NCBI GenBank assembly: GCA_001643675.2
Contig: LSRY02000044.1
Location: forward strand, 124,001 to 188,000
Origin: Monocercomonoides exilis PA203
Taxonomy: Eukaryota > Protista > Preaxostyla
Length of the DNA: 64,000 bases
Direction of reading: 5' to 3'
Position numbers and translations under genes: made by a program. Below, in pieces: positions 44,870 to 55,396 of the stretch; the stretch's first letter is position 1, and the number at the start of each line of letters is the position of its first letter. The notes below the pieces were generated by a model. It saw nothing but the letters and a program-made list of their open reading frames with translations, was not told the DNA's origin and ran no database searches.

Positions 44870-47756
44870 CATGAGTGAACATTACCTGCAGAGCTAGGAA
44901 TATTATTTCCTGTGGAAACAACAAGAAATGGTGGAGTTGATACAATTTTGAAATTCTATCTGATGATTTTTGGAAATTGAATGGCCAAGGGGAATGCAAC
45001 AATTTCATCAATTACACAAAAAGACATAATGTATGTATTTTATATTGTTCTATTGATTGTGAAGATATTTCCGTCTGTATCCTCTTCAAAGTGCAGGAAT
45101 GTGAGTTATTGTTGAAATGGCCAATCTCCACTTTATGGAGCAATACGATGAAGATGGAGCAGATTGTTGTATAGCCATTGGGAAATAAATGAAGTTACGG
45201 AAGATACATGACTTTTATTTGGAACAAGAGATGAAAACAAATTCAACTTTCATGTTATAAAATGGAGACAAAAAGTGGATGGAATTCAGTGAAGGACAAA
45301 ATCTGCACAAAATTATATAGAATTTTGGAGCATAAGGCAAGGGAGAAGCTTTTTTGGCAAGGAAAGTGGCTGGCAATATCGAGGGAAAGATATTTCTTGC
45401 GAACAAAAACTTAGAAAACAATGCAAAGCAATGAGAGTGGAGATCAGGGACATCAATGGGAGTTAAACAGCTGTTGCTGCCGTTGGAAAGATGCATGTAT
45501 GTTTTGTGGAATATGCGCAGAGAAGCAAGACTTTCCAAAAATTCGTGCTTAAATGAAAAAAAGAATGATTTGTGACAAAAGCATCAGTCTCGGCCTGTGT
45601 TCCTGCAAGAATGGCAAGACAAGTGAAGCACCCTGCAGCTGTTACCGTTCTTTAACCTTCACCGAGCTGCTACAAGGGCGAGTGGAAAGCTTGGCGTTAT
45701 GTTGCCATGGGCAGTAATACAGCAATTTGAGTTGGGAATTATCATCTTCCCGTCTCCATCAACGGTATTTCGACTTCTGCTGGCAAAGTTCAGTATGTTT
45801 TGAGGCTCTGTTCGGCTGCTAATATAGGGTTGGGCTGTTTTGCTACAGTTGTTGCGGGCGATGGCAACAATGCGACTTTGTCATACCTGCCGCCAACTGC
45901 AACAGGCGGACCAGCCTTTTTCTTCTTCTTCCTCTTCCTCTTCCTCTTCCTCTTCCTCTTCTTCTCTTAACAGCTCCACCAGCAAATCTCGTCCAATCAT
46001 CAAGCCTGCCTCTTCTCCTCCTCCCATTTCTCGCTCTTCCAATCAGCATACATCTCCTTCTTTGGAGTCTTCTCCTTCTTATTCTCCTCCTCTCTCTTCT
46101 ATTTCTGCTCCTTCCTTTTCTTCTTTTCCTTCTTCTTCTTCTTCTCCCTCTCCCTCTTCCTCTTCCTCTTCCTCTTCCTCTCCTTCTCCTTCTTCCTCTC
46201 CTTCTTCTTCCTCTTCTTTCATTCCAGTCATACCAAAATCAAAGACTAAGCCACCTGCTTTGGGAAAGATGCTGATTAGACGTTCATCTGCTCCTTGTTT
46301 TGTTCTTCGTTCGTCAAACTCCTCATCCTCATCCTCTTCTTCCTCATCTTCCTCCTCTTCTTCCTCTTCTGAGATCACACCGAATACTTTGGAAACGCCT
46401 CGTTCCCACCTTCGCCAAAGCAGCCATCTGAAGCTGTCATTGAACAAGCAATCAACGTCAAATGCAAATGTTTCTGGATTGTCAGAAGGGAAAGAGCAAG
46501 AGAGAGGAAGAATGCTCAGCAGAAGGCAGAGGGAGATGCAGGAGATTGTGCAGAGCAGCAGAAGTCGGTCGAGAAGAAGAAGAAGAGAAAGAAGAGAAAA
46601 CGAAAGGAACAAGAGGAACATTAAGAGCTATGACTGCAGAAGGAGGAAAGGCAGAAGAGAGAATAGGAAATATAACAGGAAAGGTGAGGAAGAAGAGAAA
46701 GAGGAAGATGAAGATGGCATTGAAGAAATCATCAACTTCGATGCTGATGAAGTTGAATTCGATGATTTCTTTGAGGAAGAAGAAGAGAAAGAGAGGAGAA
46801 AGAAAGAAAATGGCTCAAAAGGCGAAGGAGCTTCTTTGAAAGAAAAGAGAGACAAAAGGAAGACAAACCAAAAAAATCAAAAGAACAACAAGAAGAAAAC
46901 GGAGCGAAGATGTTTGAGTGAAGATCCTTCTTCAGCAAACAGCAATTTCTACAACGAAAGCAACGAAGAGAAAGGCGGAAGCGACAACAGCAAGAGGAGC
47001 AAAAACAGAGATTCCGATGAATGTGCAGATGAATATGAGGAAGACTTATTCAGCGATGGAGAGGACTCTTCATTGAACTGCTTCGGAGGAGATGTCTGCT
47101 CGTTGTGTGATGCAGACTAATTGAGAAGACTTTCTCTGAATGATCAAGTCTCGAAATCAATGCATCCGTTTTTTGGATCACCTGGTTTGAAAAACGCTTC
47201 AGGATTTGCTTTTCCTGCTTCTTCTTATTCTCCCTCTTCTTCTTCGTTTGCTCCTTCTTCTCCAACTTCATCCAATATGTTTCCTTCTTCTTCTTCTTCT
47301 TTCTCGCCTCGCGTTTCATTTTTGCCTTCATCTTCGACTTCTCCTTCTTCAGCATTAAATAATCCAATCTATCAACCAAATTACGTTTTGTCTTCTTCTC
47401 TTCCTCATTCTTCTCTGCTTCTTTCCTCTTCTCATCAAGACACAACATCTTCTTTATCCAACACTTATGCTTCAAATCATTCACACAAACGCACAATTTC
47501 CATTGCTCCTCTCTTATCAACTTCATCTTCACCTTCTTCTTCCTCATCCTTCTCTTCTTCTTCTTCTGGTAATCAACTTAGTTCTTTTTCTTCATTCTCC
47601 CCCTCTTCATCTCACATTTCACCTTCAACGCATCAGAATATTTCATCATCATCATCATCGTCTTCTTCTTCTTCTTCTCCTTCTCCTTTTCCTTCTCCTT
47701 CTCCTTTTCCTTCTTCTTCTCCTTCTCCTTCTCCGTCTTCTTCGCGATTTTGTTAA
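44870..47756 (+). pseudogene. Degraded gene: possible MORN-like remnants followed by Ser-rich/charged low-complexity ORFs
   Basis: YKGEWKAWRY at ~45671 resembles the MORN YxGxW motif. ORFs 45840..47120 and 47121..47756 share a frame and are separated by one TAA. Confidence 0.4.
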
Positions 47757-48440
47757 CTTATTTTCATCGTCTTCATTTCTGTGCTCTTTTTGATTGTTGC
47801 AGTGTCGCAGGAACTGTGGAGAGTATTTCTGAGTTCAGAAAATAGGCGGGATGAGATATCATCAACTTTTATCCTCTGCTATTGCAGTCTCCTCTGCTTG
47901 AATATCATTTTTTACTAGAGAATGAAGCATTTTGCTCGATGCATCTATTGGTGTTTGCGCGCAGTGGATGCTGCTCATCAAAAGAGAGTTTGGATTTGGC
48001 TTGGTGGAGGCGAGGCAGACGAGGAAGATGAGGAAGACGAGGAAGACGAGGAAGACGAGGCAGACGAGGAAGATGAGGCATAGGAAGGAGTAGAAAAGCA
48101 TAAATGGAGACTGTTTTGAAGAGAGATTGAGGAGAGAGAAGCAGAAACATGAACAAGAGAAGCTTTTTGGTGAAACTGCGGAAATAGTTAGGATTATTAC
48201 TTTATCTGCTGGTATTTCCGGAGACTTCAGAAAGATTTGAGAGGAAAACGGAAGAGGGAGAAGGAGGGCATGCTGCAGAAGAGGAAGGGATGGATTGAAT
48301 AAGGTGAAAAGAGAAGAGAGTGTTGCGAGATTGAAATGGGGGAAATGAGGGAATAACAGAAGAGGTCGAAGAAGAATCTCTCTTTGGTGAGTTGAGGGAG
48401 ACGCTACAAATTTGAGGCATATTTTGAATGTGTGTGATAC

Positions 48441-48441
<1 letters not shown>

Positions 48442-48501
<60 letters not shown>
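48442..48501. repeat. (CTTT)n microsatellite
   Basis: Read directly from the sequence. Confidence 0.95.
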
Positions 48502-48504
<3 letters not shown>

Positions 48505-49239
48505 GTTTTTTTAATTTTTTGAAACATCAATTTAATTTATTTATTATTTTTTTTTTCAAATAACAATTTATTTATATTTATATTTATATTTTTATTTTTC
48601 AGGTATTATGATTATCGCTGGGATAATGCGAATGCAAGCACATGCATTGCAAAAAGATTGCAGAAGGAGACGAATAAAGGGTATGTAGATGAATGAGCAA
48701 GAGGAAATCAACGAAATTGATGGAAGAGGAGGGAATTAATGATCTTTGCAGCGATTTGAAAAGAAGGAGATGTGATAAAAGAAAAATCAGAAAATTGAAG
48801 AAATGGTTGAAGAAGATATTTGACAAGAATTTGAGGAGAAAAAGAGGAAGAGGCGAAAGATGAAGCGGAAGATTTCAAAAAGAAGATGGTACAGAGTTTT
48901 TCATATTTCATATTATATTTTTAAAATTTTTAATATACATATCTTTTAATTATTTTTTTTTTTGTATTTTTGTATTTTTATTTTTGTATTGTTGAATATC
49001 TTTCAAAAATAATAATAGGGGCTTTTGCGCGAACATTCAAAATCGATGAAAGAAAAAGGATTTTTGAAAACAAGCAGAAGATTGCAACAGAAGAAAAAGG
49101 GATATGGGGAAAGCAGACGATGAAGAAGGGGCAAAATGCAGGAAAAGGGATATGGCCACGTTGAGGCATTTTCAACATGGCCCCAAGAGGAAAGGAGAAG
49201 AGAAGGAGGCAAAAAAGGAAGTGTTTCGACATGCGAATC

Positions 49240-50645
49240 TCTTATCTCATCTTCAGCCGCATTCCTCTCATCACCCTCAATGCCACTTGTATCTCTCTCT
49301 CCTGACATTTTCAACATCTCAACAGCAAATGATGCATGTTCGCCTTCAACCACTTCCTCATCCCAAACCTCATGTATGATATACCACTGCTCATTTTCGT
49401 CTGTTTGTGATGCGTATGATGGAGGGATTGTTCATTCCCTCAACAATCCATTGTCCTCTTTGACAGCCTCAAACACCTCATTCGTTGGGTGTTGTCGAAC
49501 AAGAAATGTTGAATGCACTGGAACTGCAGATAATAAATTAAAGCCAGATAGGCAGAACACAACAGCCAATGGAGCAAACTCATTTATTTGGTGCGAATGG
49601 AACGGATCGAAGACAACAGGAACAAGCGACTCGTATGCTGATGGAATATCGAGTGGAGGGGCAATCTGCATGTATAATCTCAATTCTGGAGAACTTTCGG
49701 TTTCGCATTGCGCATTCAATGAATGTGTTGCGTATTACGCAGGCGGAGGCATAAATTGCTACAACATCAAATCGGTTGATATTGCAAATAACACATTCAA
49801 TGCATGCACTGCTCAAACATGGATTGGAGGAGAAATGTGCATATATGTAATTTCATCGTGTGTTCGGATCAGCGGATGCGAATTTCAAAATTGCAAAGCA
49901 AATAATGGTGGAGGAGGTCTTCATCTTAATAATTTTCAGGTTTCAGAAGGATGCATTCCAACAGAAAATGGAGAAGGGGAGAGTGCGTGTGTGTATGACT
50001 GCAGTTTCACTTCATGTTCACTTGCAAGCACAGGCGGTGGAGGCATGTACTGTAAAAATGTTCCCAATAAATTCAAAATGAGGAGCATTCAGTTTATTTC
50101 ATGCTCAGCATCGGCACGTGGAGGGGGTTTGAGATTGCATCCATTAAGACAAACATCACAAAAAGATGTAATTTATTGTTATTTTTTGTTTTTTCACGAA
50201 TGCAAATGCTCTGCAGCCACTCCATATGGGTGTGATGTGATGTATTATGATCGCTACAATCTTTTCTTATCTTCAGACAATCCATTCTATGAATGTTACA
50301 CCACAAACTCAGATGAGAAGAGAGTATGTTATGGATATAATTATACGGATTCCAAGGGTTGGACATATGATCAGACATCAAAAAAGGATTGGCTGAAGAG
50401 AGGGATTCTCAATCGATTTGTGGCTGTGAGTGGAGGAAATGCAGAAGAGTTGTGCGGATTGGATGAGTCAAGTGCATGCAGAACCATTGGCGTTGCAGTT
50501 GAAAAGAGCGTGATCCAGGTGAGTCTGTCAGTCACACTGATGGAAGGGAATCACACAAGCAAGACAACAACAATCGTTATTGGGACAAAGGAGATTTCAG
50601 TTATTGGGAAAGGGAGGACGGAGAGTTTAATTGGAACAGGAGCTG
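49240..50645 (+). pseudogene. Third fragment of the beta-helix receptor ectodomain (open frame within ORF 49136..50812), truncated at both ends
   Basis: Aligns with ~15010-16385 (YDGGIV, NSFIWCEWNGSKTTG, GESACV, FKMRSIQFISC, NPFYECYTTN). Homology ends abruptly after IGTGA. Confidence 0.85.
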
Positions 50646-50895
50646 TTTTCCCTTTATTCAACAATTTTCATCTTTTTCGTCTTCTTCCTATTTTTCATCA
50701 GCTTCATCGCCAATTTTTAAGATTTTTGTCTGTTGGAGTTATTCAGCTGAAATCAGAACCTAGGATTGGAAATGGGAGATTTTTGGAAGCCGAAGAAAAG
50801 GAATTATGTTAGAAATGAGATGGACAGCGGAAATAGGTCAGATGGGCTTTGTGAACAGAAAGGAAAAGTGCCTTGAGAGATACAAGAAGAAGGAA

Positions 50896-50968
50896 AAGAG
50901 GAAGAGGAAGAGGAAGAGGAAGAGGAAGAGGAAGAGGAAGAGGAAGAGGAAGAGGAAAAGGAAGAGGA
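50896..50968. repeat. (GAAGAG)n hexanucleotide repeat
   Basis: Read directly from the sequence. Confidence 0.95.
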
Positions 50969-52097
50969 AAAAAGCGAAAATTAGAAGTCAAGGAAGAAGG
51001 ATATGATAATAACAATGAATCATATCTATTGCTGTTACATTTTGAATGCAACAAAAGAGGTAACATTTTCTGAGGATCTGAAGAAGCTTCCTTTTCTCAA
51101 TTAAGTGGAAGCAAAAACCGAAGATAAGAAACATACGATCTTCTTCTCTTCGTCTCCAACACCAATTGAAATGAGGGGAACATTAGCAGTAGAATCAAAA
51201 TAAAAGTAATCATTTCTTTTTTCATCATCAAAAAAGATCGAAGATGGAAAAAGGAACGGAAGTGACAATGATGAAGTGGATGAAGAAACATTTGCAAATT
51301 GTCCGACACGAGGATGCATGTCTCAGGAGAGATGTTTGCAGTTTGCACAAGTTGTGAACGCTTTCTATTCTGAAAGAAGCTATGTGAATTCTTTTGTGCA
51401 ACGAAAATCCTGAAGACAGCTGCGTACTGTGCTCTTCATGTGGCAAAAATGGATGCTGCTCCCAAAATTGCTTAATCATCCATCCCTCATGCTTGCCATC
51501 TCTGTATTCCTTGTTTCACACGACCGCTTACATAGCTGTTCGCAAATCTTGTCATTCATGATAGTCTGGTAATCCGAGAGCCGACCTTCAAACAACTTCC
51601 AGCATATTCTGCTTCTCCATTTTCGAAGCGTGCTTTTGCATTGAGAGTTCTGTCGGCAGATGCTATTTGCGTTTATATTTCAAGAGAGGTGAACAAATAC
51701 TCACGAGGCATTTGACTCCTTTTCCCAATCCTGGTTCCATTCGAAACAGATCGTCGAAAATTCCTCTTTTCAATAATCGCGTTCTTCCTTCTTCAAGCAC
51801 TACATTTTTATTTTTGAAGTATCACAGTTTCATGTATTTCACTCAAAATTTTCTCATCCTCTTATTCTCCTATTTTTCATTAACCTTTTTTGGAAAGAGT
51901 GTTTTCAAAAAGTGATTCAAGAAAATGAACTTCTTTTATCCACTGTTCCCGTGGAGTGTTGTGAGAAATAATCCTTTCATATCAAAAACAACTACCAATT
52001 TCTTCTCCAGCTGCTGATTTCATTAATCCTTCTGAAAGAACAAATATTCATTTACGTTCATTGTTATTGAATAACAATGATTCCGTATTGATCAATA

Positions 52098-52925
52098 CAC
52101 CAAAAATTATTCAAAATCGAAAAACTTTAATTCAAAATCGAAAAAGTTTAAAACAACATCGAAAAACTTTAATTCAAGATCGAAAATTATTATTCAAGAT
52201 CGAAAAAGTTTAATTCAAGATCGAAAAAGTTTAATTCGAAATCGAAAATATTTAATTCAACATCGAAAATGTTTAATTCGAAATCGAAAAAGAAGATAAT
52301 TTGTTCAGAATTTCAATTAAAGTCAAAACCAAAAAAGTTTTATTGAAACAAATATTAGTAGGAACAAATGTTTATTTATTGGAAATGTTTTTCTTTCGTT
52401 TTCAACAACTGTTTTCTACGATACAGACTGATATCAATCGATTCTTTTCTCATTTTGAAGATTGAAAATGTAATATTTTATCAGCTTCCAATGCAATAAA
52501 TGAAATTCAAAACATTTCTAATTCGATAAATGAGATATATTTCTGTCTTTTTGCGCACAAAACAAGATCATGAACTATCCTATCACTTAAATTTTTCAAG
52601 AAAATACTCACTATCTCCTGAGCACATGTGAAGAATAAAAAAATATTCAATTTTTATATATTCACGCTATTGAAAACAATCAAACACAAAATAAAACATC
52701 AAAAAATATTTTTGTAATTGAAATTGACAAATTTCTCAGATCAATAACTGAAAGAAAAGAAACTGACATGAGTATGAATTTTAAAATTTTTTTCAAATTT
52801 TTTGATGATGAAGAATTTTCGATGTTGAATTAAATATTTTCGATTTCGAATTAAACTTTTTCGATTTCGAATTAAAGTTTTTCGATTTTGAATTAAACTT
52901 TTTCGATGTTGAATAAATTTTGGTG
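52098..52925 (+). mobile_element. Non-autonomous TIR element (TA TSD), 828 bp, with 21-bp subterminal arrays
   Basis: ta|caccaaaaattattcaa ... ttgaataaattttggtg|ta. There are ~9 units of ttaattcaa.atcgaaaaa.t on the left and ~5 inverted units on the right. Confidence 0.9.
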
Positions 52926-53357
52926 TAATTGTCAAAATCAGAAAAATGCATTTCAATTGTACTGCTTCCTCAGTTGGATGCAAAAATTATATTTTATAAA
53001 ATTTTCAAATCAGAATTTGTTTTAATTAATTTCTAGAGGATATTTATTTATTATCTTTTTGCTTTTCTTCAAAGAAAAAAATCTTTTATCCCATAAGAAG
53101 GCTGCAATTATAATGAATTTTTCAACATCAAATTTTCAACGATCAACTCTTCATTCAAGAGCAGATGTTTTGTGGGCAGAGGTTGAGCGCATTGGGGGAA
53201 AGGACAAAATGGAACTGTTGCTTTATATCCTCACAAGGTACCGCCGCGCAGCATCCTTTGCGGAAGAAGTGAAAAAGAGGATAAATGGTGTGGTTCTTTA
53301 TTTTTTTGATTTCAAAATTATGTGAAAATTCATTTATATGCACTTTTATAATGATTT

Positions 53358-53624
53358 GGGACAAAATATTTGACTTCAGGCATTTTCATTGAAAAAATAT
53401 GCACTTTTCATTAACTTTTTGAGATCAAAAAACAAAATAAAAATGGGTCCATTTTTTGACATTCGTGAAATGTTGGAAAATTTTTTGTTTTTATTTCAAC
53501 GGCACCTGTTTACGGATATGAAAATCAAATTTTTTTGAAATCTAAGAAAGTTTGGTAATGTTATTAGAAAAACAATTTTTTCATGCTTTGTGCATAAAAA
53601 GCTTGAAAGTCCGTATTTTCCTCC
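53358..53624 (+). mobile_element. 267-bp MITE, 4-bp TSD (ATTT)
   Basis: attt|gggacaaaata ... tattttcctcc|attt, homologous end to end with 55129..55396. Confidence 0.85.
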
Positions 53625-55128
53625 ATTTGTTTTTATTTTTATTAAATGCAAATGTCAAAAATAGGAGAGTATCATGAACTACTTGAAGAGCTAGCAACAG
53701 CCTACAATAACGCCTCAGTTCACACTCAAACGACAATGTTGCAAGCTTTATCAAAACATCACAATTGTGATCGTTTGCTTTCCTTTGGGTATGACGTGAC
53801 CCAAGGAAAAATAAAACAAGCAAAGTAAACGAGAAAAAAAAAACCAAGACGAAATAAAAATCCCCATATCTCCAAAAATTCTTTCATGTTGAAAAGGTAT
53901 TTGGTTTTCATTCATTTCATTTCTATGATTGTGTCTGATTTTTATTTTCTAAAGGCTTGAATTATTCAGATAGGTGCGTGGGGAATGAATGGATGAAAAA
54001 CCATTCATCAGAAATTTCATCATCAATTACGAAAAAGAAAAAGCAAAAATATGAAAAATATGAAGAGAGCTTGGACGAAGAAATTTGGAATAAAGAAATC
54101 AAGATAAAGCCGGAACTCGATTTGAAACCCAAATTACATATTAACATTACGAAATCGGAAATAGATCATCATGTCACTCACATAAAAGATAATAAACTGA
54201 ATCAACATGTTAACTCATTGACTGATCAGTCAAAAAATGTCAACAGAAAATCCTCAACATCCAGCAATTTATCAGTCAAGAACCAAAATTTTGATGACGG
54301 AAATCTTCTTCATGCTCCTCCTTCGCCTACACTTGTGAAGCCTCATGAACTTCGATATTTTTTAGAAAAGAATTTGAAACATCAAAATGCTCAGACATTA
54401 GAAATCAAAAAATTAGATCATTTAATTAGAACGGATTCGTCCAGTTCAAAATTAATGCTTCATCACGATGTTCAAGAAGAAAGATATTTCAATCCTGCAT
54501 CAACGTCTTCATTCGTCTCACCAATTCTTATTCAAAAGGTCACTAAAAATACAGAATCATCACAAGAAAATAAAACCTGTTTTCGGAGTGATACTCATTT
54601 TGATACAATGAACTCATATATCAGCAAAAAAGTCAAAAATTCAAAGGAAAGGAACGAAAACTGTGGAATAAAAACTAATAAATCAATTGCAATCAAAGAG
54701 CAGGCAATAGTTAATAGCGATCATTTCATCACCAAAAAGTTGGGGCTAAGGAATTCAGTGAACACTTGTTACCTTTCATCTATTCTTCAATGTTTATCTA
54801 CAGTTATGCATTCCCGTATAATAAAGTTAAATAACAACATGAGAAGTGGAATTTCTGCAGAGTTGATAAACGTTTGTAATGAGCTCATCTGCAATCACTC
54901 ACTTATTTCATCTTGGACATCAGAATTAATTGATATGTGGGACATTTTGTTTTCGCGAGGCAAAAGACCGCAGCAAAATGTTTGTGAAGCATTTGATCAT
55001 TTAATGGAAATGCTTTTGAAAGACGATTTGGTTGACAAACAATTTACGAGCGTAGATGGGTTTATTTTCAAGAAATGTTTGAAATGCGGTACTTTGTCGT
55101 CTAGCAATTTAGGTTTTTCTAATTATGT

Positions 55129-55396
55129 GGGGCAAAATATTTTGCTTCAAGCATTTTCATTGAAAAATTATGCACATTTCATTGAATTTTTTTCATTAAA
55201 AAATATTATAAAAATGTGTTAATTTTTTGACATTAAAGAAATATTGGAAAACTTAATGTTTTGATTTCAATGAAACCTATTTTCAGATATGAAAATCAAA
55301 TTTATTTCAAAATTTGATTAAGTCTAATAATGTTATGAGCGTTATAATTTTTCAATGCCTTGTGCAAAAAAAGCTTGAAAGTCCGTATTTTCCCCC
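55129..55396 (+). mobile_element. 268-bp MITE, 4-bp TSD (ATGT)
   Basis: atgt|ggggcaaaata ... tattttccccc|atgt. Excising it with one TSD copy fuses ORFs 53957 and 55360 in frame (GFSNYVIINN). Confidence 0.88.

Noticed and set aside
47118-47120. In-frame TAA between two Ser-rich ORFs suggesting TAR=Gln recoding, as in some oxymonads
   Set aside because: SmB, the USP, the receptor and the Cys-rich gene all end at TAA, and the 4000-codon ORF has no internal TAA/TAG. It is a nonsense mutation in a decayed gene.
52100-52290. 21-bp repeats resembling a CRISPR array
   Set aside because: The units are head-to-tail with no unique spacers, lie inside a TIR/TA-TSD element, and no cas genes are present in this eukaryotic context.
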